Assembly: GCA_964458955.1 (NCBI GenBank) | Contig: CAYWLA010000001.1 | Span: forward strand, 5,982-45,143 | Length of the DNA stretch: 39,162 nucleotides | Direction of reading: 5' to 3' | Source of the DNA: an uncultured Methanosarcinales archaeon | GTDB taxonomy: Archaea > Nanobdellota > Nanobdellia > Woesearchaeales > CG1-02-33-12 | Part shown: one piece after another, positions 8,477 to 16,336 of the stretch | Position numbering within the stretch: position 1 is the first letter of the stretch | Layout: every line of letters starts with the position of its first letter | The notes under the pieces: model-generated | Database searches by the model: none | Seen by the model: only the letters and a program-made list of their open reading frames with translations | What the model was told of the DNA's origin: nothing | Made by a program: the position numbers and the translations under genes

Positions 8477-10843
8477 CTACTGCGGTCTTAAATTCCTTCT
8501 CTCTGCATCCAATAAAAGTCTTTTTTCTGTTATTGCAACTGTATGCCTTATCTGCTGGACAGCGTCTGGGTTTGCGCTTATGCTGTCAATACCCTGCCTT
8601 ACCAAAAATGCAGCCATCTTTGGCGTTGAGCCTGCCTGGCCGCATATTGAAGTCTGCACGTGATATTTCTTGCATACTTTTATTACTCTTGCAATCTCTG
8701 AAAGAACTGCTGGATGCAGCTCATCATAATGCTTTTGCACCAAAGCATTGTTCCTATCAATTGCCAGAGTGTATTGTGTTAGGTCATTTGTTCCAAAGCT
8801 TATAAAATCAATCCCAAGTTTGCAGATATCCTCTATTATCCATACAGCAGCAGGGGTCTCTATCATTACTCCAAATTCAACATATTCATCATCAAAAACA
8901 TCGTCCAAAATCTCTTTTGCTTTTTTAACTTCATCAACCCTTGTGACAAGCGGAATCATGACTCCAACATTTTTTAGCCCCATTTCATGGACTTTTTTTA
9001 TTGCCTCAAATTCTGCTCTTAAAAATCCAGGCTGGTCCAAAGAACGCCTTATGCCTCTCCATCCGAGCATTGGGTTTTCCTCTTCAGGCTCATCCTCTCC
9101 GCCTTCAAGACTTTTGAATTCATCTGTTGGAGCATCAAGTGTTCTATACCATACTGACTTTCCGTCAAATGCCCTTGCAACAGTTGATATCCCCTTAACC
9201 AGTATATCAATAAGCTCTTGCTTTCTGCCCTGCTTTACTAAATAAGCTGGATGAACTTTAGAGCCAAGAATCATGTGCTCTGCCCTTAACAAACCAACCC
9301 CATCTGCTCCTGTTGCAGCTGTTTTTTCAGCATATTCTGGAAAGTCCATTATCACCTTGATTTGCGTTGCTGTGATTAATTCACTATACCCTCTTTTTGT
9401 TTCTTCTGCCTGCTTTGGCTTTTTTATTGCTATCTTTCCTTCATAGACTTTGCCATGTGTTGCATCAACAGTAATCATTGTGTTTTCTTTTAAAACAGAA
9501 GTTGCGTTGCCTGTTCCAACAATGCATGGGATTCCCATCTCACGGCTTACAATTGCTGCATGGCAGGTTGTTCCACCCATATCAGTTACAATGGCTGATG
9601 CCCTTTTCATTACTGGCACCATGTCTGGATTTGTCATCTTTGTTACAAGAACATCTCCTTTCTGGACTTTTGAAAACTCATGCGGCTCGTTTGCAATCTT
9701 CACAATACCAAAAGCAAAACCAGGGCTGGCTGTGTTTCCTGTGACCAAAACATTAACATTAGAAATATCAGAGCCTTCTTCAGCAGGTGTTTTTTCAGTT
9801 TCCTCCTCAGTTGGTTTTTGCTCTTCTATTTTTATTTCTTCTCTAATTTTTTTTATTGTTGTTATTGGCCTTGTCTGCACGACATATATCTTTCCTCCTT
9901 CAATAGCCCATTCAATATCCTGTGGCTTGTTATAATGCCCTTCTAATTTTTTTGCAATCTCTGCCAGGCCCAATATTTCTTCGTCTTTTAATATCTGAGC
10001 CCCTCTTTTATCCTCAACTATTGTTTTTTTAACTGTTTTTCCTGTTTCATCCCTGACATATGCCCATTCCTGCTCTTTTATGTCCTTGCTTTTTATTTTC
10101 ATAGAATTTTTATCAACAATGTAGGAATCAGGATTTACAGAGCCAGATACAATTGCCTCTCCAAGGCCAAAGCATGCTTCTACTATAATCTCACTTTCAT
10201 TATTTGTTGATGGGTTTATAGAAAAAGTTATTCCTGCTTTCTGTGAATTAACCATTTTCTGCACAACAACAGCTATCAATACCTGCATATGATTAAAATT
10301 ATTTTTTACTCTATAATAGATTGCCCTTGCAGTAAACAGTGATGCCCAGCATGCCCTCACTGCCTTGACAACATCCCCACTTCCCTTTATGTTGAGAAAT
10401 GTTGCCTGCTGTCCTGCAAAAGAGGCTTCTGGAAGGTCTTCAGCAGTTGCACTGCTTCTAACTGCAACAAACTCATCTTTTCCTTTATTTACTAACTCAG
10501 CAGCATTTGCCGGTTTATCAGTTATGCCCATGCTTTCATAGGCATCTATAATCTCTTCTTTAATGTCATCAGGAATCTCTGTTGCTATGATTAGTTTCTG
10601 CACTTCATTCGCCTTGTTCTGCAGTTCTTCATTGTTTTCAACATTAAGCCCTGAAAGAATTTTTGTTATTTTTTCTTTTATATTAGTTACTTCTATAAAT
10701 TCCTTATATGCATCTGCATTTACCATAAACCCTGGCGGAACAGACATACCAAGATTATACATCTCTCCAAGATTAGCCCCTTTGCCGCCAACAATAGGAA
10801 TATCATCCTTTGATATTTCCTTAAACCATGATATTATTTTCAT
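8477..10843 (-). CDS. ppsA: Phosphoenolpyruvate synthase (pyruvate, water dikinase)
   Basis: N-terminal ATP-grasp (GGKGANLGEM) and phosphohistidine domain (GGTTCHAAIVSREMGIPCIVG). C-terminal PEP-utilising TIM barrel (GMIETPAA-like MIETPAAV, NDLTQY). The start is set at the ATG preceded by GAGGTG plus 6 nt. The GTG start in the ORF track lies inside that SD. Confidence 0.9.
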   Translation of the reverse strand: MKIISWFKEISKDDIPIVGGKGANLGEMYNLGMSVPPGFMVNADAYKEFIEVTNIKEKITKILSGLNVENNEELQNKANEVQKLIIATEIPDDIKEEIIDAYESMGITDKPANAAELVNKGKDEFVAVRSSATAEDLPEASFAGQQATFLNIKGSGDVVKAVRACWASLFTARAIYYRVKNNFNHMQVLIAVVVQKMVNSQKAGITFSINPSTNNESEIIVEACFGLGEAIVSGSVNPDSYIVDKNSMKIKSKDIKEQEWAYVRDETGKTVKKTIVEDKRGAQILKDEEILGLAEIAKKLEGHYNKPQDIEWAIEGGKIYVVQTRPITTIKKIREEIKIEEQKPTEEETEKTPAEEGSDISNVNVLVTGNTASPGFAFGIVKIANEPHEFSKVQKGDVLVTKMTNPDMVPVMKRASAIVTDMGGTTCHAAIVSREMGIPCIVGTGNATSVLKENTMITVDATHGKVYEGKIAIKKPKQAEETKRGYSELITATQIKVIMDFPEYAEKTAATGADGVGLLRAEHMILGSKVHPAYLVKQGRKQELIDILVKGISTVARAFDGKSVWYRTLDAPTDEFKSLEGGEDEPEEENPMLGWRGIRRSLDQPGFLRAEFEAIKKVHEMGLKNVGVMIPLVTRVDEVKKAKEILDDVFDDEYVEFGVMIETPAAVWIIEDICKLGIDFISFGTNDLTQYTLAIDRNNALVQKHYDELHPAVLSEIARVIKVCKKYHVQTSICGQAGSTPKMAAFLVRQGIDSISANPDAVQQIRHTVAITEKRLLLDAERRNLRPQ

Positions 10844-10930
10844 AATTAACACCTCTATTTTAATATTCTGTTGTTAAAAACTTAATCAAGGATTTATATA
10901 AATCTTTCTGTTTAAATTATTAAAAAACTA

Positions 10931-10938
10931 TTTATATT
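10931..10938 (+). promoter_or_regulatory. TATA-box-like element (TTTATATT) 30 nt upstream of the pcm ATG (leaderless geometry)
   Basis: Same spacing as at aRF1. No SD motif. Confidence 0.4.
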
Positions 10939-10960
10939 TAAGAAGCATTAAGAATTTAAT

Positions 10961-11584
10961 ATGGGAAAGGAAGAACTAGTAAGATATTGGACTGATAACA
11001 AAATAATCACAGATAAAAGACTGATAAAAGCATTTAAATCAATTCCAAGAGAGGAATTTATCTTAGGTGAATCATTAAATGAGGCCTATGGTGACTATCC
11101 GCTTCCTATTTTAAAGGGCCAGACAATATCACAGCCAACAACTGTTATGATTATGATCAATGCACTTGATTTAAAAAAAACAGATAATGTTTTAGAGGTT
11201 GGTGCTGGCTCTGGCTATTGTGCTGCAATAATATCCAAGATGGTAAAATTTGTTTATACAACAGAAATCATTCCAGAGCTTGCAGAGTTTGCAGCTAACA
11301 ACATAAAAAACATTGGAATAAAAAATATAGAAGTAATAAACTATGACGGCTCTCAGGGCTATGAAAAACAAGCGCCTTATGACAAGATAATTGTTACTGC
11401 TGCATGCCCAAAAATACCTCCTCCTTTAATAGAGCAGCTAAAGCAGAATGGAATAATAGTTGCACCTGTTTCTTATCTTCTTGGCCAAAACATGATAAAA
11501 GGCATAAAAAAAGGTAAAGAGCTGAAAACAGAATCACTGGGTAATTTTATGTTTGTGCTCTTAAAAGGAAAGTATGGTTATTGA
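10961..11584 (+). CDS. pcm: Protein-L-isoaspartate O-methyltransferase
   Basis: GQTISQPTTV and VLEVGAGSGY (SAM motif I); 207 aa. Confidence 0.9.
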   Translation: MGKEELVRYWTDNKIITDKRLIKAFKSIPREEFILGESLNEAYGDYPLPILKGQTISQPTTVMIMINALDLKKTDNVLEVGAGSGYCAAIISKMVKFVYTTEIIPELAEFAANNIKNIGIKNIEVINYDGSQGYEKQAPYDKIIVTAACPKIPPPLIEQLKQNGIIVAPVSYLLGQNMIKGIKKGKELKTESLGNFMFVLLKGKYGY

Positions 11585-11595
11585 AAAATTATGCA

Positions 11596-11646
11596 CAGAA
11601 ATGCTTGCGAAAACCTCTTACTTTAGTATGAGAATGAGCATTTCTG
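11596..11646. repeat. Perfect 10-bp inverted repeat (CAGAAATGCT / AGCATTTCTG) with a 31-nt spacer, in a convergent intergenic gap
   Basis: Read directly. Arms lie at 11596-11605 and 11637-11646. The spacer itself contains an imperfect CTCTTAC/GTATGAG pairing. Confidence 0.6.
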
Positions 11647-11653
11647 GCATCCT

Positions 11654-11674
11654 AAAAATTCATTGTGAATTTTT
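11654..11674. terminator. 9-bp stem / 3-nt loop hairpin (AAAAATTCA-TTG-TGAATTTTT) at the 3' end of the aldolase gene
   Basis: Read directly. It overlaps the aldolase stop codon and is flanked by T-rich sequence on the + strand. Confidence 0.35.
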
Positions 11675-12473
11675 ATGATTTTAAAATTTTCAATGCTTCA
11701 TTAACACTTTTGTTGTCAAAGATAATTTTCTTTAATGCCTTTGTCATCTCCAAAGGTTTTTTGTGTTGCCAGACATTTCTTCCAATTGCAAGGCCTGAAG
11801 CCCCTGCTTTCATTGCATCATAAGTTCTTTGCAATACTTCTTTGTCAGATAACTTTTTGCCGCCAACAACCAGCACTTTTGCTTTTCCAGCTGCCTTTAC
11901 AACCCATTTAAAGCCCTCAAAATCATTATTGTAATTTATTTTTACAAAATCAGCGCCAAGCTCAAGTCCTATGCGTGCAGCATATGCAATTGTTTCAGTT
12001 GAAAGATCATCCTGAACAAACTTTCCACGAGGATAAATCCAGGCAATAACAGGAATTCCATAGGTATGTGCTGTCTCAATAAGCTTGCCAAAATCCTTAA
12101 ACATCTTATGCTCAAACTCAGAGCCAGGATATATTGTATAGCCAACAGCATCTGCTCCAAGCTTTACAGCACGGCCAATTGAGCAAACCTGGCTTGAGAT
12201 TGGGTCACTCTTAACAAGATTGGTCTTGCCATTAAGCTTTACAATTAATGGAACAATTGCATTATGCTTGTCATAATATTTCTCAGCAATCCCATGATGC
12301 AGTATAATAGCATTGTATTTCCCTTTTTCTGCTATTTTAAGAACATAATCTGGATTAACATTATTGAGGTTAAAATCTGTTGGCCCATGCTCAAGGCCCT
12401 GGTCATATGCAAGAAGCAAAGACCTTTCATTATGCATTATCTTCTGCATCTGCAATTTTGTCAAAAAATCCAC
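11673..12473 (-). CDS. fba: Class I fructose-bisphosphate aldolase, archaeal DhnA family (an ADH-synthase/AroA' paralog cannot be excluded)
   Basis: LAYDQGLEHGP and ADFVKINY (Schiff-base Lys context); 266 aa TIM-barrel size. Confidence 0.7.
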   Translation of the reverse strand: MDFLTKLQMQKIMHNERSLLLAYDQGLEHGPTDFNLNNVNPDYVLKIAEKGKYNAIILHHGIAEKYYDKHNAIVPLIVKLNGKTNLVKSDPISSQVCSIGRAVKLGADAVGYTIYPGSEFEHKMFKDFGKLIETAHTYGIPVIAWIYPRGKFVQDDLSTETIAYAARIGLELGADFVKINYNNDFEGFKWVVKAAGKAKVLVVGGKKLSDKEVLQRTYDAMKAGASGLAIGRNVWQHKKPLEMTKALKKIIFDNKSVNEALKILKS

Positions 12474-12482
12474 CTCTTTTTC

Positions 12483-13043
12483 TTATTTTATCATATCAAG
12501 GACATCACACACTTTATAAATTGTGTCTTTTACAGTTCTTATTCCAATATTATCCTCTTCAAACGGCTCTTGCACAATCCCGCCAAAGTGGCTGCCATCC
12601 CCAACAATAATCATTCCATGTATATTCATCCAGGCATGCATTGCTTCAATGGTTTTTTCCTGACCACCATTTCTTGACCCACCAACAGCAACAGCAGCCC
12701 CAACTTTATTCTTTAATAAACTGCCAGCTCTTCTTAAAACCAGGGTTCTGTCAAAGAATGCTTTCAACTGCGAGCTGACAGATCCAAAATAAACAGGGCT
12801 AGCTACAACAATCGCATCAGCATCCTCCAATAAGGGCAATAGTTTTTTCATATCATCCTTTATGCTGCATTCTTTTTTATCCTTGCACAAACCACAATCC
12901 TTGCATCCAGCTATCTTGTATTCTGAGAGAAATATTCTTAACGTAATAAAACCTTTTTGTTTGGCAATATCAAGCACATAATCTATTATTCTCTCATTAT
13001 TTCCATTTTTAGTCGGAGAACCACTTATGCCAACAATCTTCAT
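12483..13043 (-). CDS. Iron-sulfur flavoprotein (Isf) / NADPH-dependent FMN reductase family
   Basis: MKIVGISGSPTKNGNN flavodoxin-like start. Compact Cys motif CKDCGLCKDKKEC (Cx2Cx2Cx5C), typical of Isf proteins. Confidence 0.75.
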   Translation of the reverse strand: MKIVGISGSPTKNGNNERIIDYVLDIAKQKGFITLRIFLSEYKIAGCKDCGLCKDKKECSIKDDMKKLLPLLEDADAIVVASPVYFGSVSSQLKAFFDRTLVLRRAGSLLKNKVGAAVAVGGSRNGGQEKTIEAMHAWMNIHGMIIVGDGSHFGGIVQEPFEEDNIGIRTVKDTIYKVCDVLDMIK

Positions 13044-13061
13044 TTTTTTCTAAAACACATT

Positions 13062-14051
13062 TTATCTTTTAAACTTTTTTATTTTAGCAGGCCTTTTATT
13101 TATAACTTTTAATATTTCATTATATTTAAGCAACCTGTTTTTTGCCCCAGGATGCATAATAACTGATTCTGAGTTTACCAAACCCAACCTCAATGCAAAC
13201 TCAACATCATTCTTCTTTATTATTCCTGACAAGAATGATGAGGCAAATGCATCTCCTGCACCTGTGCTCTCAACAACCCTTACCTTACTTGGAATCAGAA
13301 CATAAATATTTTTCCCGTCATAAGCATTAATTGCTTTTTTTCCGTCAGTAATTACTATTATTTCTGGTCCAAGCTTATAGAGAGCCTTTAACATGACTTT
13401 AACATTATTTTTTCCTGCTAATAATGAAGCTTCCTCACTATTTAATATTAGTATATCTGTTCTAGTTAGGATATTTTTTAAATAATCTCTGCCTTTTTTT
13501 GCCAGATAAGTGCTTGGATTAAAGGCTATCTTAATCTTGTTTTTTTCAGCAAATTCTGCCAATTTTTCTAATGTTTTGAATGACTCAGAAACCATTGAGG
13601 AAAAATAAAACCATTTTGTTTTCACTTTTTTTAAGTTTATATCAGAAAATTTTAATTTGTTATTTGCACCTTTGTATGTTAAGATAGTCCTGTCATGCTC
13701 TATTGAATCAAGAATTATGGAATAACCTGTAGTATCATTAATTAATTTGCCAATGAAATCTATTTTTTCTTTTTTTAATAAATCAAGGATTTTTCTTCCA
13801 TTCTCATCATTTCCTAAACTTCCTAAATAACCTACTTTATGGCCCAGCCTTGCCAAAGAAACAGCAGTATTTGTTCCGCCACCCCCTGTTGTGAACCTTA
13901 ATTCTTTAATCAGAATCTTAGAGCCAGAAGGATAAGCAATTAATTCTTCTTCAGAATTTGATGTTTTTATTTTTATAAGCTTAGACTCTGTATTTGCAAA
14001 AACATCAACAGTTGCAGATCCTACTGTAATAATATCATACATTCTACCCAT
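13062..14051 (-). CDS. PfkB-family carbohydrate/nucleoside kinase
   Basis: TTGGGGTNTA and GAGDAFASSF (PfkB signatures 1 and 2). The substrate cannot be assigned from sequence alone. Confidence 0.8.
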   Translation of the reverse strand: MGRMYDIITVGSATVDVFANTESKLIKIKTSNSEEELIAYPSGSKILIKELRFTTGGGGTNTAVSLARLGHKVGYLGSLGNDENGRKILDLLKKEKIDFIGKLINDTTGYSIILDSIEHDRTILTYKGANNKLKFSDINLKKVKTKWFYFSSMVSESFKTLEKLAEFAEKNKIKIAFNPSTYLAKKGRDYLKNILTRTDILILNSEEASLLAGKNNVKVMLKALYKLGPEIIVITDGKKAINAYDGKNIYVLIPSKVRVVESTGAGDAFASSFLSGIIKKNDVEFALRLGLVNSESVIMHPGAKNRLLKYNEILKVINKRPAKIKKFKR

Positions 14052-14145
14052 TAAATAAAGCTTTATGTTTATATATCTTTCTGAGAAAATATATTAAACT
14101 TAAGAAATCATAAAAAAATAAATAAAAAATAAAAAAATAAATTAC

Positions 14146-14502
14146 TTATTTCATCTGTGCAAATGCATATATCTGTTTAAGAGCAACTACAACTGTTGCT
14201 GGCACAACAAATGCCATTATAGCATTAAACACTCCACTTAGATATTCACCAATGTACAATACAGTTGTTAATGTGCCTGATGCTCCACCAATATATGCTA
14301 CTAATACTAATGCTACTGCTGTCCACACAAACTCTTTTGTTTCCTTTCCACCTATATTTACAAAACCTACTATCAATCCCAACACTACCAAGAGAGATAT
14401 TAGCCATGGTTCCAATGTTCCCAAATAACCGCCTATTAATCCTAGAATCACTGCAAGAACAACTCCAAGAACAAATGAAATCTCTCCTATTTTTTTCTGC
14501 AT
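14146..14502 (-). CDS. Small integral membrane protein (about 4 TM helices), function unknown
   Basis: The start is set at the ATG (MQKKIGEISF...), preceded by AGAGGTG plus 6 nt. The GTG start in the ORF track lies inside the SD. The protein is strongly hydrophobic throughout. Confidence 0.55.
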   Translation of the reverse strand: MQKKIGEISFVLGVVLAVILGLIGGYLGTLEPWLISLLVVLGLIVGFVNIGGKETKEFVWTAVALVLVAYIGGASGTLTTVLYIGEYLSGVFNAIMAFVVPATVVVALKQIYAFAQMK

Positions 14503-14519
14503 TGTTTTCACCTCTTTAT

Positions 14520-14536
14520 AGCTAGATTTTCTAGCT
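14520..14536. repeat. 17-nt palindrome AGCTAGA-TTT-TCTAGCT immediately upstream of the SD of the membrane-protein gene
   Basis: Read directly; 7-bp arms with a 3-nt centre. Confidence 0.6.
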
Positions 14537-15021
14537 TTTTATGTATTTTATTTTAATTCTTTATAAAACCTTTGTAACTATTTTTTAGAACTAACTGTTT
14601 TTTATAATTTGATCTAACAAGTTTAAAAAATAAAACCTAATTTTTTTATTAAAAATTTTTAGTTAAACAAATCATTTAAATTTTTTATGAAAAATAATTA
14701 AATAATTTTAATATTTTATTTTTTTCTGAAAAATCTCTTTTTAAACTTTTTATCATCAGGTATTTTTAAACAAGCATTTAAATTTTTTTAACAGCGACGA
14801 TAAAATTAACTTTTTTATTTATTTTAATAATAATTTTTATTTGATTTTTATAATTTGTTTTGATTTCTTATCAAAAAAATTATTTTTTAATTTTTAAAAA
14901 CAAAAAATTATCGACGAGAAATAGTTTTTATTAAAAAAAAACGAAAACTATTTAAACAATAAAAATAAAAAATAATATTAGTGTTGTTCAAACACACAAA
15001 AAATCCAGAGGTGAAACAATA

Positions 15022-15108
15022 ATGGCAGCAAAGAAAAAGGCTAAGAAAAAGGTAGTAAAGAAAAAAGCAGTAAAGAGAAAAGTAGTAAAGAAGAAAAAGA
15101 GAAGATAA
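15022..15108 (+). CDS. 28-codon lysine-rich micro-ORF (MAAKKKAKKKVVKKKAVKRKVVKKKKRR)
   Basis: Own translation. A perfect SD (GAGGTGA, 15008-15014) lies 7 nt upstream of the ATG. A hairpin plus T-tract follows 14 nt after the stop. It is too short for the ORF track. Confidence 0.5.
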   Translation: MAAKKKAKKKVVKKKAVKRKVVKKKKRR

Positions 15109-15122
15109 GATTATTCTTTTAC

Positions 15123-15158
15123 CTGCCTAACCTTTTTCTAGGCAGTTTTTATTTTTTT
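15123..15158 (+). terminator. Stem-loop (CTGCCTA / TAGGCAG, 9-nt loop) followed by TTTTTATTTTTTT
   Basis: Read directly. Stem arms lie at 15123-15129 and 15139-15145, and the T-tract at 15146-15158. Confidence 0.5.
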
Positions 15159-15165
15159 ATAAAAA

Positions 15166-15173
15166 TTTAAATA
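15166..15173 (+). promoter_or_regulatory. TATA-box-like element (TTTAAATA) 31 nt upstream of the nth ATG (leaderless geometry)
   Basis: Same spacing class as the other leaderless candidates. Confidence 0.35.
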
Positions 15174-15196
15174 GTTCCTGCTTATTCTATGATTAA

Positions 15197-15829
15197 ATGC
15201 CAGATGATATAACCAGAATAGTTAAATTGTTAGAAAAAGATTATAATTTAACTTTTTATTCAAGAGAAAAACCATTCAAGGTGCTTATTTCAGTTATATT
15301 AAGCCAGCGCACAAGGGATGAGAATACACTAATTGCATCAAAAAAACTTTTTTCAAGGTTTGATACAGCCAAAAAGCTTGTAAATGCAGATATTTCTGAA
15401 GTAAAAAAATTGATAAAACAATCAGGCTTTTATAATGTTAAGGCAAGGAGAATAAAAGAGGTTAGCAGAATTTTATTAAATAACTATAATGGCAAAGTTC
15501 CTCATGAAATAGATAAACTTTTGAAGCTTCCAGGAGTTGGAAGAAAGACAGCAAACTGTGTTCTTGTCTATGCATTCAGAAAGCCGGCAATACCTGTGGA
15601 TACTCACGTCCATAGAATATCAAACAGGCTTGGAATTGTAAAAACAAAAACGCCAGAGCAAACTGAGCATGAACTGACAAAACAAATTCCAAAAAAATAT
15701 TGGATCAAGGTTAATGAATTGTTTGTAAAGCATGGGCAAGCAATTTGTAATCCAATAAGCCCAAAATGTGACAAATGCATTATAAGCAAGTTATGTAATT
15801 TTAGCAAAAATTTACCAAAAGATATTTAA
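15197..15829 (+). CDS. nth: Endonuclease III (HhH-GPD DNA glycosylase/AP lyase with 4Fe-4S cluster)
   Basis: LPGVGRKTANCVL (HhH-GPD), the catalytic-region VDTHV, and a C-terminal Cys cluster CNPISPKCDKCIISKLC. Confidence 0.85.
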   Translation: MPDDITRIVKLLEKDYNLTFYSREKPFKVLISVILSQRTRDENTLIASKKLFSRFDTAKKLVNADISEVKKLIKQSGFYNVKARRIKEVSRILLNNYNGKVPHEIDKLLKLPGVGRKTANCVLVYAFRKPAIPVDTHVHRISNRLGIVKTKTPEQTEHELTKQIPKKYWIKVNELFVKHGQAICNPISPKCDKCIISKLCNFSKNLPKDI

Positions 15830-15874
15830 AAGATAAGAAACTAAAATTATAAAAAGTGATTTTGAGGTGAAAAA

Positions 15875-16285
15875 ATGGAAATAAAATACATTTTAGCAGT
15901 ATTAGTTGTGCTTATGTTAAGCGGATGTGCTGCAGAAGTTCAAGAGCAACCAGACGAAATTGTTACTCCAGATGTAACACCACCACCAGTAGAACCTGAA
16001 ATGCCACCAGAAGCACTACCAGTAGAACCTGAAGTTGTTGGTGGAGTAGCAGATGTACAAATTCTCAGAGCAGGATTTGATCCTGAAGAGCTAACAGTAA
16101 GTGTTGGTACAGTTGTTACATGGAAAAACATGGATGACAGAATACATATTATTATGATAGTTGGCGGAGAAAGAAGCCCAAGACTAGAGGAAAGAGATAC
16201 CTTTGAGTATAAGTTTGAGGAAGCAGGAACATACCAAGTTATGGATGCAATATTTGGATTCAAGGGTACTGTAACAGCAGAATAA
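15875..16285 (+). CDS. Cupredoxin-fold lipoprotein, apparently lacking the type-1 copper Cys/His/Met ligand loop
   Basis: Lipobox LMLSGC. Pro/Glu-rich linker (PPPVEPEMPPEALPVEPE). The VTWKNMDDRIHII strand pattern is cupredoxin-like. The C-terminal loop reads TYQVMDAIFGFKGTV, with no Cys or His. Confidence 0.5.
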   Translation: MEIKYILAVLVVLMLSGCAAEVQEQPDEIVTPDVTPPPVEPEMPPEALPVEPEVVGGVADVQILRAGFDPEELTVSVGTVVTWKNMDDRIHIIMIVGGERSPRLEERDTFEYKFEEAGTYQVMDAIFGFKGTVTAE

Positions 16286-16336
16286 ATTTTTTTATTTTTT
16301 TAACTTTTTTTAAATTTAAGGTTTCTTAAAATAATT

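Noticed and set aside
8533-9935. Several + strand ORFs of 88-165 aa (8533-8805, 8748-9245, 9450-9935, 9478-9744, 9680-9946) inside the ppsA region
   Set aside because: They are antisense shadows of a very well supported 788-aa PEP synthase gene. Their translations are low-complexity (Ser/Leu/Phe-rich) with no motifs.
8477-10843. Checked ppsA for an intein, because some methanogen PEP synthases carry one
   Set aside because: The length (788 aa) and uninterrupted motif order fit an intein-free enzyme. The only extra segment is a short acidic linker (EEQKPTEEETEKTPAEEG).
12264-12677. 137-aa + strand ORF spanning the aldolase/flavoprotein junction
   Set aside because: It is antisense to two motif-supported minus-strand genes, so it is a shadow frame.
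15004-15017. TCCAGAGGTGAAAC resembles the TCCA-N-GAAAC core of archaeal origin recognition boxes. A related AGAGGTGAAAAC lies in inverted orientation at 14505-14516, on the other edge of the A/T spacer.
   Set aside because: Both copies are exactly where Shine-Dalgarno sequences (GAGGTGA) of the two divergent genes should be, 6-8 nt before their ATGs. The spacing differs from the ORB core and no G-string follows. SD is the parsimonious explanation.
15940-16263. 107-aa minus-strand ORF (Ser/Thr/Gly-rich) inside the cupredoxin-like gene
   Set aside because: It is the mirror image of the Pro/Glu-rich linker and beta-sandwich coding sequence. The + strand has a lipobox, an SD and the fold pattern.
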